NCBI RefSeq assembly: GCF_018977255.1
Contig: NW_024704749.1
Location: 8,990,001-9,054,000 of the forward strand
Direction of reading: 5' to 3'
Source of the DNA: Callorhinchus milii
Lineage: Eukaryota
Length of the DNA stretch: 64,000 bases
The position numbers were made by a program, and so were the translations under genes. Under the pieces are notes generated by a model. The model made no database searches, was not told the origin of the DNA, and saw only the letters and a program-made list of their open reading frames with translations. Positions 47,321-59,246 of this stretch are shown here, piece by piece; the stretch's first letter is position 1; every line of letters starts with the position of its first letter.

Positions 47321-49626
47321 TGGAGATTACGATTCGTAGAATTATACGGCACAAAAGGAGGCCATTCGGCCCATCGTGTCTGCGCCGGCTGTTTGAAAAG
47401 AGCTAATCCAAATCAATCCCGTTCGCCCGCTGTCTCCCCGTTGACCTACAAACTTGTCCTCTCCAAATAATTAATCCAACTGTCTAACAAACTTACACGA
47501 ACCACTGAATCCCTGAGACGTGTCCTGAGAGAATGTTTAGCTGTAGTTTGCTAGGAACGGATTCTCTGTTCTAAACCCTACGAGTACCAGGAACCCTGAT
47601 CAATTGTAGAAAAAAAAACAACTTTCCTATCATATGTCATCTGTAATTCTCTATAATTTCTAATGTGGATCGCCCAGAGCAGAACTAGACGATCGTATTG
47701 AAATATTGGCGGCTGCTGCTTAAACCACAGCAATCTCTCGACAAATTCCGTTTGTAATCTCATTACACACTTTATTTTGACGTAGGAATGCACTTGCAGT
47801 GCTGGAAAGACACACTGGGACAGACCGTGTGTTGCCTCGCAATCACACACACACACACACACACACAGCGGTTCTTCAACTACACACCATGGGCAAGGAC
47901 ACACGTTTGATCCTGGTTCACTGAATGAAAATGGCAACCGCTCACGCAACCATGGTGTTCAGCTTACGGCAGTGTGAGCTGCCTTTCACATCGGGAGGAC
48001 ATCTCAAAGCACTTTATTGTAACGTAACGTGACTGTGCCTTTTCATAGGCAAACGCAGCAGCCAAATTTATCCCACGAACAAACAGCCATGAAATGCACG
48101 ATCAGTTTCATTTGCAGGATTGTGGGTCAGGACACCAGGACTCCCTTTACTCTGTTTGGTTGGCGCCGTGGGATCTTTAAGTTCCGATTGCTGACTCTGG
48201 CCTCTATGGCACCCTGGTCCCATTTGGAGACTGAAAGCCAACTGTGAAGGATTTCTATTGGAGAGGGAACAGAAAAGATCTTCCTGGAGGGTTTTTCTGG
48301 GTTGTGCAAGAGGGGCAAGCATCTGTCACGATTGTCAATAGGAGATTTTAACACAGAAACAGACATTTTCACCAATGTGTCCCATTGCTCCCTGTTTTTT
48401 TTTCCCTTAATCTCACTTTCTAGCTTCATATAATATTATAAATAACACGCACAGACACCCACACACCCACCCAACCCTCTACCAAAAGTCTGAAACAACC
48501 AATTTGAAACGAAGGGGCAACGTTTTCTTATAAGATCTTTGATAATTTAACAGCTGGGTTCAATTACTGAACAGGAAGAAATATTACCCCGAAGATTGTC
48601 GTTGTAAATTCGTCCTGAGCAGAATAATTGGCTGCCGCATTTCGACCACAAAATATACGGTCAATTCACTTCACAGTGTATTCTGTGAAGCGCTTTGAGA
48701 CGTCTCAAAGATGTGATAAAGCCCTATATCAAATGCAAGGATTATTATAGCAATGTTGCCTCAGTTACAACCACACAATTACATTTGTATAGCGCCTTTC
48801 ACATCGGGGGGATGTCCCAAGGCACTGGTCAGACAAGAGTTACGTACGGACCTGAGCTGAGGGTGGGGGTGGGAGAGGCTGGAGGGCAGGAGGGGAAGTG
48901 GGGAGATCGAAAGCACGGTCGAAGAGGAGGGTCTTCAAGGTGGTTAGGGAGGGGGCAAGACGAAGGGACTACGGGATGGAGTTCCAGAGGGCGATGCAGT
49001 CGTTTCTGGTCCAGAATGTATGGAAATGTAAAATGCACACACAGTACGTAAAGTAAAATGTGCTGAGAAAGAGCGGTGGGGGCTGGAGAACGAGGGACGT
49101 ATCAAGAGAGAGAGCGACGAGGAGGGAGGGGTGGGGGGGCATGTGAGGCATGGGTGAAGCACGGGCTCCTGGTATGCTCTGCCCCCCCCCCCCCCCCCCA
49201 CCCCACCCCTGCCCCAGGTACCTTCCCCCTGTTCCGGTGACGCTGACCGGCAGCTGAAAGCATCAGCAACAAAAGGGTTAACTTTTGTTTCAGTCGTTAG
49301 GTGACGCATTTGGTCTTGATCTTAACCAAAAGTGACAAATTTCCCCACAAATTTCCATCAAGGTACTCTGCCAATTAGAACCACATTTATTAAAAATTAA
49401 TCTGAAACCTAATTAGGACGCTTAGCAATAATTAGCGCTTCTGTTTAGCTCGGCAAAGGAGGGGACCGTGGAGCTCAAAGTAAATTTGACTCACCTTGGC
49501 TGATTAATCAGCGTCTCCTCTCGAGCTCTCCGGCATTAACCCTTCGCTGGCAGCTCAGTTAAAATGACCGCACACCTGAGAATATTTTGCACGAGATTCC
49601 CAGCAGTGGTTTCCGGGATTCATGGT

Positions 49627-50360
49627 CAACAACAACAACAACAACAAGATTCCATTTATAGAGCGCCTTTCACGTCAGGAGGACGTCCCAAGGCGCTGCA
49701 CAGTTGGGTCATGACCCGAGCAGGGGGGAAATGGTCAGGGTGAGGGGAGGGAAGGGAGGGAGCGAGGAGGGGGAATGGTCAGGGTGAGGGGAGGGAAGGG
49801 AGGGAGCGAGGAGGAGGAAGAGAGTCGAGAGGGGAGCTGAAGGCACGGTCAAAGAGAAAGGTTTTGAGACCGGCCTTGAAGGAGGAAAGGGAGGAAGCAA
49901 GGCGAAGGCACTGGGGGATGGAGTTCCAGAGCCTCGGGGCTGAGAGGCTGAAGGCCCGACCACCGATAGTAGGGCGGTTGGGGCGGGGGACGTGGAGCAG
50001 ACCGGAGCCAGAGGAACGGAGGGTACGGGCAGGTACTTGGGGGGATAGTAGGTCGGAGAGGTAGGAGGGAGCAAGGCCGTGAATGGCCTTGCAGGTGAGG
50101 ATGAGGATCTTGAAATCAATCCTCTGGGGGATGGGGAGCCAGTGGAGGCGAGCGAGGGTGGGAGTGATGTGGTCCCGAAGCCTGGTGCGGGACAGTACAC
50201 GAGCTGCAGAGTTCTGAATGACCTGCAGCTTGTGGAGGGAGGTGGCGGGAAGGCCGGCGAGGAGAGAGTTCCCATAGTCCAGCCTTGAGGTGACAAAGGC
50301 GTGAACCAGGGTTTCAGCAGCGTGAGGGGTGAGGTAGTGCCGTAATCTGGCGATATTCCG
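49627..50360 (-). mobile_element. 5'-truncated L2 LINE with uninterrupted ORF2 C-terminus
   Basis: Minus-strand frame RNIARLRHYLTPHAAETLVHAFVTSRLDYGNSLLAGLP..LQVIQNSAARVL..HITPTLARLHWLPI..GGRAFSLSAPRLWNSIP..FKAGLKTFLF, then 3' stem-loop and (TTG)n tail. Confidence 0.93.
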
Positions 50361-50603
50361 CCAAACAATCTGGCGGTTGTTTTGAGAGTCTGCTCTACTT
50401 CTCCGACAGTCAGTTGTTCCCCACTGAGCCTCGTTAAAGAATTTATGTTGCTGTAATCTTTGTCAGACGTCAGTTGCATGGCGTCTATTGTTCACTTTAG
50501 CCACGCAGTCACTCATCCCCAGGTCACGCATGCACGCGCACACACACGCGCGCGCGCGCGCGCACTCCCCCACCGTGTCGCGCGCACGCACTCCCCCACC
50601 GTG

Positions 50604-50634
<31 letters not shown>

Positions 50635-51156
50635 CTCCCCCATGTCACACACAATCTCCCCGTGTCACACGCCATCACTCGCCCTGTTTTGTACACTGTT
50701 ATTCTCTGCTCTGTCACACATCGTGACTCTTGCTCATGTTTGCGACACACACTCACCTGTGTCAAAATGCTGTACTTTCTCTCCGTCCATTTCCCTTGTG
50801 TTGGACACTCTCCCGGTAGGACCTTTTGATGCTTCTGTTCACAAACGACGTTATGTTGTTGGCAGATTCGCTTGAGATCCTCAACGTCTAGAACCACCTT
50901 ATGGTGATACTTACAAGGAAGTATTTGATCTTGTTGTTGTTGTTGTTGTACAATTCCCTAAGGCATCCCATTTAAAGGTGTGGTTCAGGTCAGATAGGGG
51001 AGGGAACGATGAGGTTGATTAATGGTGGGGAGGAGTGGGGTGCAGGTGGAATCATATGGGGGGGGGGTGGCAGGGGGAGGTGATGGAGGAGGTTTTTCTA
51101 CAGCTGTAAGAACCTGGATAAAACGGTTGTGGTGATGTGCGGCATTTGACCTGGGC

Positions 51157-51187
<31 letters not shown>

Positions 51188-54100
51188 CACAAATTCCATT
51201 CCAGATACAGGGAAATTTCCGTGCATACATAGCAAACGTATGTGGAACTCTTAGTCTGGTTTGGTGGTCAGTTTCCACACGTGTCAGACATCCTGCTGAC
51301 CAAAGTAAACCCACGACAATACTGCACTCAGTGTTAGGTTCTGTCAAATTGTGGATCTCCTGACTAATATCCCATTGCTCCATATTCACTCCTCCTGCTC
51401 CTAACTACAGTTAGAAGATTACCCGAGAGAATAACTGATTATCTCATTGCTAATTTAATATGAGTCAGACGTCAGGGTTTCAATTAACTTTCAACCATTT
51501 AGGGAGCCTCAGAGTACCGCAATTCCCAGCATTTTCAAACCCAAACCTGTGTTGTCATTAAACAAGCAGAGTAATTTACTTTTAAACCGATTTGTTCCAT
51601 TGTGTTATCCTTTTATATAATAAACACTCGCTTCCTTCCTTTGGAATAAAGACACCTTCTAACATGATAACAAGCGGCAAATCTTGAGTGTGATCTCCTT
51701 TATTGCTATACTTTTTTTTACATATATATATGCACTTTGCCCACAAAATATACAGTCAATTCACTTTACAGTGTATCCTGTGAAGCGCTTTGAGAAGCCT
51801 CGAAGACATGATAAGTCGCTGTATCAAACGCAAGGGTTATTGTTATTATATTCCCCTGGCTGCTGCATTTGGAGTTGAGGTACAGATCAGCCTTGATCTT
51901 ACAGAATGGCGGAACAGGCTCGAGGGGCTGAATGGCCTCCTCCCGTTCCTATGTTTCTAATCCACAGGCCACACACGCCAGCCTGCGACAGCAACCACAA
52001 CAGCAAATTACATTCACACAGCGCCTTTCAAGTCGGGAGGACGTCCCAAGTCGCTGGACAGTCAGGGATTTGGACCTGAGCACTTCGACCAAGACCAAAT
52101 TCAACCTCACTTAGAGGCTTTTCCACCCCCAGTATGGGACTTGAACTCAGCCTCAGCAGGAAGTGTGTCTTTCGCCGTCCGGCGTGGAGGGCGCTATATA
52201 AATCCAAGTGGTTGTTGTTGTTTCTCTCCCGCCAGGGTTGTCCAGCAATTGAGTAGGTGACTCTCCTCTCTCCCGATGCAGAGACTCTCTGGTTCCAGTG
52301 GTCGTGAAGAGCGTCACTGACCCCCCCACCCCTCCCCCTTAACCACAGCCACGTTTGGTTCCATCCCGAAATGAGTCCACTTTAACACGGATTTTCTGCT
52401 AAACTCCCCGGTTTTAAAAAGTGAGTTGTGGGATCTGCCGGTGCTATGATTTAATTCCAATAGTCTGCTCCTTTTATTAGATTTTTTTCAGTTGGTAAAA
52501 CACAGTCATTCCACATGAAAAGAATGTGAATCATAAATCACTCTTAATTGTGAAGAGGCAGAGGGGGTAATGAGAGGTGGAATAAAGCTGCCATCCACAG
52601 AATTGCGATAATTAATCCTTGCAGCATTAGAACTGCCATTTGTTAGACAGGTTCTCAGTCCCACCCAAAGCCAATGTGTGTCCCGGAAAAGTCCTTAGTC
52701 TCACCTATAATCAGTGTCCTCATCCCCACCAACAATAGGCTGCTGAGTCTTGCTCACCAACGACACAGTCAACCCCCTTTACAGTGTATTCCGCGAAGCT
52801 CTTTGGGACGCCTCGAAGATGTGATCAGGCGCTGTATCAAACGCAAGGGCTACTATTATTATTATTTGCCCGTGGTCAGTCGGTTGCACAACATCCGGCC
52901 GCTGCGACGTCTGAATGCCATGACATAATTATTGGCCACATTTCATAACTGGAGATAACAAGGAACAGATCCTAAAACGGCCATCGATTGCATCGCACGT
53001 TTACTTCGGCACAAATCCTTTCCTATCCGAGTGTCAAAGGCTGTTGGGGAAGCATTACCTTTGTGATAAGGCACCTGGAAGTATTATTATTATTATTTTT
53101 ATTATTATTTCCGTGCTGTGAGCGCACCCAGCCCCAGACTCAGCTCTTCTCTTAACCGGCAGCCTCTGATCACTTTGTCGTTATCTGCAGTTTCTAAACA
53201 CCGGCTGGAACAGTGTCTGAAAACCTGAGCCACTGAAATGTTGGGCAAATGTTTCCTTACTCCACACGCCTCTGTTTGCCTAGCAGTAAGTAGGAACCCG
53301 GTCGCTAGTCGATTGGTGGATCGCTTTTCCGGGGGTAATAATTCCTTCAACAAAATCATAATAGTAATTTGCTGCCTCAATCCACGAGTGGGAAGCTGCT
53401 GTGTGCAATTGGCTGCCGGGTTTTGCCCACCAAATATGCAGTCAATTCACTTTATAGTGTATTCTGTGACGTGATGAGGCGCTATATCAAATGTAAGGAT
53501 TATTATTATTGTAATTATTATTGCTGGGAGCCAGGTTAATGGTGCTCAGGGGCTATTAATTCTAGCTTCCTAACCTCTCAAAGGAGAGATCAGCAAAGTA
53601 CATGTTGCCCACAGAAAGATGCTCCTCCTGCCCTGGAAACTGCGCTTGTTGTATGATCTCTTTGTGAAACCTCTTAAGCAAATGGAAGTTGAGTTGTTAC
53701 ACACGTTGCAGGCGTTCAGTGGAGGCACATTCACACTCACTCACTGAATCACAGTGCTTCTCTTTAGCGTTACTGTACTTTCCATGTCCTGGTCACAAAC
53801 CAACAAACCTGCCTGTCTCTATTAGACAATATGAAGCTATACTTGGCAAATGAGGCGTAGCATACAGGCTGTGCTTGAGTAGCTTTGCAGCTGAGGGTTA
53901 GGTGTTGGAGAGGGAAGCTGGCAGACTTCACAGAGCCCTCATTCACTGTTGCTGCCCCGTTCATTTCCTGAGTGGCTCAGGCAGAAGCTTCACCGTGTGA
54001 TATCACCGAAACCTGGGCCGTGATCTGGAGGTGTTCGAGCGCTGAGCCAATGGACGTAAGCACACAGCAACCTCATCCACACACAGCTTGCTCTCTGAGC

Positions 54101-55125
54101 TCCTTGCCTTTCACGTTGGGTGAACGTCTCAACGCACTTGGTAGAATATTACAACAGCAACAACAACAACTTGTATTTATATAAAGCCCTTTTAAGAGTA
54201 TTACTTTATTGTGCAGTGACTGCGCCTTTCGTGGGCGAACGCTGCTGCAAATTTGCGCCCAGCACCATCCGAAAACCAGCAGCGAGGTGAACGAACGTTT
54301 TTGTTTTTAAAAGGAAGAGAAATTCTTAAAAAGCGATTGGGTAAATATTTGAGGAACAGTAATGTTTAAAGCGTACGGCGAAAAGATCAAGGGAAAGGGG
54401 GAAGGTAGTTCCAGGGGAGAAGGGGGAAATTCGAAGCAGTTTATGATATGAACGGGAAATAGCAGGTGAGTTGGCATTAAAGAGTGGAGGATTCCAGTGT
54501 GGAAGTGGCAGGAGTAAAGATATGTGGCAGGAAAGCAGGGGAATGGGATTGCAGCAGACAGTCCCAGTGCTGGAGCGAGCACCAGCATAGACACGGACGG
54601 CCAAATGACATCCTCCTGTGCCGCAAACTTAAAATGATTCCCCGAATGTAACCGTGCACTCACAAACCCACACACACACACACACTGCACCCACGCAAAT
54701 TAACATATTCAGAATAGAAGCTGCGCCTGCCTCATGAATTATTGATGTGAATATTATATTACATTACACCACAGCTCACTTCAATAAAACCTCCCGATTT
54801 GTGCAGCTCGCCAACGCGCTGCATTGCAATCGCGCAGCTCGACTCGACTCACAGCATTCCGACACAGCGAGAGTCACTGTTTGACTCTGTTGCCTCTTCA
54901 CGCGCGCGCGCGGGCGCACGCACGCACGCGGTGCCAGCCATTGCTTGCCTCTACAGCCCCCTCATATTCCTTGGGGGTTGGGGGGGGGTGCAGAGAAGCG
55001 AGGTCTCCTTGGAGCTGAACTGGCTCCAACCGTGACTTGCTTGGCAATGGTATATGCGTGGAATCGAGCCAGCACTCTGTACTCCAGGGCACTGCTGATG
55101 ACAGCACAGCCCAGCCTGGCTCATC

Positions 55126-55535
55126 GGCAGGACTTGGAAGGGCAGACCAGTCACTGGGAGGCAGGGAATCCTTCCACACGGCTCCTGTTAACGCTGCAAG
55201 CCAAAGCCCTAATGGGTAGAGTGGTCCTAGCTGGATAAGTGTTGGGAAAGCTTGCCAGACAGATCTACCGATGGCGAGTTGGATGGTAATAGCTGGTTAG
55301 ACTCCAGCAGTTACCCCAACGCACACTCTTGGGCTCCCCCGAGCCTTACCTCTTGCCAACCTGTGCCTAATACTTTCTGGAATTCGGTTAAGCAGTTGAG
55401 AGAGAGGATCCCATTCCAACAATCTATCTGTGGGATTTCCACGTGTAGGTGGGATGCATGGAATTCTCAGTTTGGATTGGAGACATTTACGCAACGGTGA
55501 TGGGTTTCTGCATGTGTCAGACACTCGGCTGACCA
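55126..55535. repeat. Unclassified interspersed repeat, copy 2
   Basis: Inverted homolog of 26599-26974, with an extra segment of about 35 bp. Confidence 0.85.
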
Positions 55536-57164
55536 GAAAAATATACATACACTCGGTCACTGTCTGCCCCTCACACACAGAGGCAGCATTGCCTGCCTAG
55601 GAACGAGGACGGGATTAGGGATGGGTTCAAAGTGTGTTGAACCACAGAGCCCATTTTTGTGGGGGGGGGGGCGAGGCTGGCGACGTGCGAGGCGAAGGCA
55701 TTCCATACCAAGCAAGTCTGTAGGCCAAAGACTTGGCTGCAAGTTGCAGGAGTCGCTCTACAATCCTAGCGTTGCAATCAGGGACCGCCCTATTTCTGGA
55801 TGTCTTCACAATCTGCAGAGATTCCCTTACTGCGAGCACGACACAGGCCGTGCACCGGGACAGCAGGTAGTGATGGCTGCTTCTCTCAGAATTTCTGCTA
55901 ATTGGCCTCCAATGTACACCGCAACCCCTTGCCAGGCTGGAGAGCGTCCTTCACTGCTGCTCCGTAAAGCAACTAGGAACACACGACACTGGCTGTAACA
56001 ACCATAAGATTACAAACAGACACCCCCGCCCACTGCCTGACAAAATGTTACAGGAGAGAGTTACAGGCTGGAGTCTGATGGAGGGGATGGGGGTAATTGC
56101 ATATATCTGCGAGCGCAGCGCTGCGGCCTCTGGTTAGCAAATCCTAGATGAAAAACGGGAGAGAGTTCCACAAAGCAGAGAGCAGAAGGAAGAATAATTA
56201 GTTATGTAAATAGTGTGGTTTTCCAGCTCGTAATTAGCCGCGAAAGCGAAACATTCGCGTGTGTCACAGGACTCATTTCCGTATGCAAATGAAGAGCGAG
56301 GATTGTAAACGGTGATACTGAGTGCCATTGTGAGTTATTAACTGAGCTGAAGAGCATCTCGTTTGACATTCGGAGGGAGAACGCAGACGGCAGCGACGGA
56401 ATGAAGAGGCATTGCGATAGAAGGGAACAGCCAATTCTGTCGACCATCTGAGCCTCAGCACCCACCAGAAATAGCACGAAACACTGATACCCACCACCCC
56501 CACCCCACCACTCCCACCCCCACCCCCGGGGGAGGGGATTAAAGAGAGACAGGAACGTCAGCGCAGTTCTCTTTCACAGGTGTTGTTAAGGAGTGTCAAT
56601 TATCCCGACAACAATGGCTAGGTATCGGTTAGCTCTAAATAAATCTCCTTCACCACCCCACCCACCCCCCCCCCAACCCCCGCCCCAATCAGAGTGTGCT
56701 AAACGTGAGAGTTGCCGGCGAACTCGGGTTTAGAGGGAACGCACACACTCACGGTCTCAAATGATGCCTCGTCGCAGACTGTCGGACCGTTTCGTCTTGA
56801 AGTTTAAGACGGTGCTAAATTGTGGAAGATAATGATAATAGCAATAATAATAATAATCCTTGCATTTGATATAGCGCCTTATCACGCCTTTGAGACGTCT
56901 CAAAGCGCTTCGCAGGATATACTGTAAAGTGTAACCTGTAAAGTACACGGTCAATATGCTGGATATACTGTAAAGTGAATTGTGTGTTTTGTGGGAGAAA
57001 CGCGGCAGCCGAGATTCTTACATTCTGCCCTAATTTGGAAGTCAGTTTTCTGCGCTTCTTAAAAAGCAAGCGTTTTCCAAACCTGAAGACTGAATTTCAG
57101 AAATTTTAACAATTCTTCACATTTATAAACGCTGGGGATCAAACCCTTACATTTCGGTATCGTG

Positions 57165-57568
57165 CCTTTCATTTCCAAAAGTGCTTTACGGGATATACCG
57201 TAAAGTGCAGTGACGCTGTGTTTTGTAGACTAAGGCGGTAGCCAAATTGTGCACAGCAATGTCCCGCAAAACAGTCATGGAGTGGATGACTAATTTTATC
57301 TGGGGAGGTTGTCGGACAGGACACCAGGAGAGAGAAGCTTCCCTTCTCCTTTCGAGTAGCGCTGCAGGATCTTTAAGTTCCGCCTGAACAGGCAGACGGG
57401 ATCTCAGTTGAACCTTTCATCTGAAGGACGGCACCTTTGATAATACGGTACACACCACCAGCGCTGCATTGGAGCAATCAGCCTGGACTGTAAAGGTCCT
57501 AACGTGAGTCTTGAACCCGTAACCTTCGGATTCACAGGCGAGAGTATTATTGACTGGGCCAGGCTGAC
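57165..57568 (-). mobile_element. Old Deu-domain SINE (SacSINE1-like)
   Basis: Antisense match to the head and body of the split element at 13430-14202 (TCATCTGAAGGACGGCACC..TTGAACCC..AACCTTC..CCAGGCTGAC). Confidence 0.75.
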
Positions 57569-58882
57569 GTTATTCAGATTATTGATTCCACACAGAGACG
57601 GGAGAAAACTGGGAGATGCCAGCCACAAAAAGAACAAGCTATTTTTACATCCAATCTTTAAAAAGCAGACTGAGGGAATCTTCTCTTTGAACTCTGGCAG
57701 AGAGCTGACTGTGGCCTGTATGAGATCAGTTACGAGCTGCTAATGATCTCTGTGTGTGTTTGATTGCTGAATATCGTGTCTCTCTCTCTCTGCCAGCGCA
57801 CTTCAGTGTTGCTCAGATGTCAGCCCGAGCTTTCAGAAGTGCAAGCAATGTGGAAGTGAGCGGGGTTGTGCGGATGCTGGGGGAGCATTGGAGTTGCCGG
57901 ATTGGGAATTAGAATTTGTCAATTAGGTGGCAGAGACTTTTTCATGCTCAGAGTGGAAGCCACCAGAAGACGGTATAATGAGCGGCCGCCCGGCTCCAGA
58001 CAAGCCGTATAATCCAGGCAAAATATTCTTGTTCTCTGCCCTTCAAATCCGCCGAGGGCAGGCAGGCAGATCGCTACCTGATCGCTGACTGTTCAGCCGT
58101 TTGATTTGAGAAACAATGAGAGGGTTTTTGCCAGATCTGAGCAAGTTAAGCGAAAAAAAAAAATCCTCGCTCCACACAGCGCCACGTTGGCTGCGTAGGC
58201 AACGATGGCGGCCTCAACACCAGCCCAGGATTGATGCTCTGCTATAAATATTAATGTCCCTGCTCTTAGTTATTTAATAAGATCCCTTTTGTTTCTCTAA
58301 TGAGACTGACAGTGCCGTGTGCAGCCTGCGCTCCGACAGCCCCAGCTCACAAGCCACGGTTCTTTAAGCGAATTAAACACAACCAATAAACCATCTCGGT
58401 TCGCGTACAATAAGGAGCCAGGACAATAGTAACTTCCTCTTTAGGATAACAGCCTGCACTGCACATCTGTCCCACTGCTGCTAAATCAGTCACTCGCTTT
58501 TACTAATAGTATCAAATGTGCGCCTTCCTCCTCTAAATGGCACAATTTTACCTTAAAGCTTCTTTTTTTTTTAAAAAAAAGGTTCCTTTAACAATTCGCT
58601 TATTGAGGCTCAAAGACAGGAAAGATCCACTGTCTCAAGTTATTACATTTAACACATTTATACGCTTCAAGTTTTTTTTTTAAAAAAAGCCGTCTCTCCA
58701 AATGGGGAATCTCCATGACAATAAGGACCGCGTGAAATTACTAAATATTCATAGGCTGAGGGTTACTCACTGCGTAACTGTTACAGACTTGCTGTTTATT
58801 CATAGTGGAGGAATAATAAAATGTGTTGGAAGACTCGAATTATCCTCCAGAGTTTTCAAGTCAAGTTTCTTTTTCATTCCAG

Positions 58883-59246
58883 TAATAATCCTTGCATTTG
58901 ATACTGCTCCTCATCACGTCTTCGAGACGTCTCAAAGCGCTTCACAGAATATACTCTAAAGTGTAGTGACTGTATATTTTGTGGGCGAAACCCGGCAGCC
59001 AATTGCGCACGGCAGCGTCCCCACAAACAGTCGTGGATTGAGTGACGAAATTATTGTTGCTATTATTTTTTTAAGGGATTATTACCCCCAGAAAAGTGAT
59101 ACGCCAATCGACTAACAACCAGGTTCCTACTTACTGCGAGGTAAACAGGCGTGTGGAATAAGGAAACTTGCCCAATGTTTCGCCCCGCCCGGGAATCAAA
59201 CCCAGGTCCTCTCACGAGTGACCTAACCCCTGAGCTACAGCTCTCC
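58883..59246 (-). mobile_element. tRNA-derived SINE, long form
   Basis: Antisense near-full-length copy. Further partial copies near 8555-8720, 29670-29836, 31935-32183, 35585-35686, 36340-36445, 37380-37602, 41075-41208, 43915-44105, 48625-48748, 51735-51850, 53237-53522, 56835-57010. Confidence 0.88.

Noticed and set aside
49709-50479. 256-aa minus-strand ORF in the track
   Set aside because: It is an alternative frame over the L2 fragment; the L2 ORF2 homology is in another frame.
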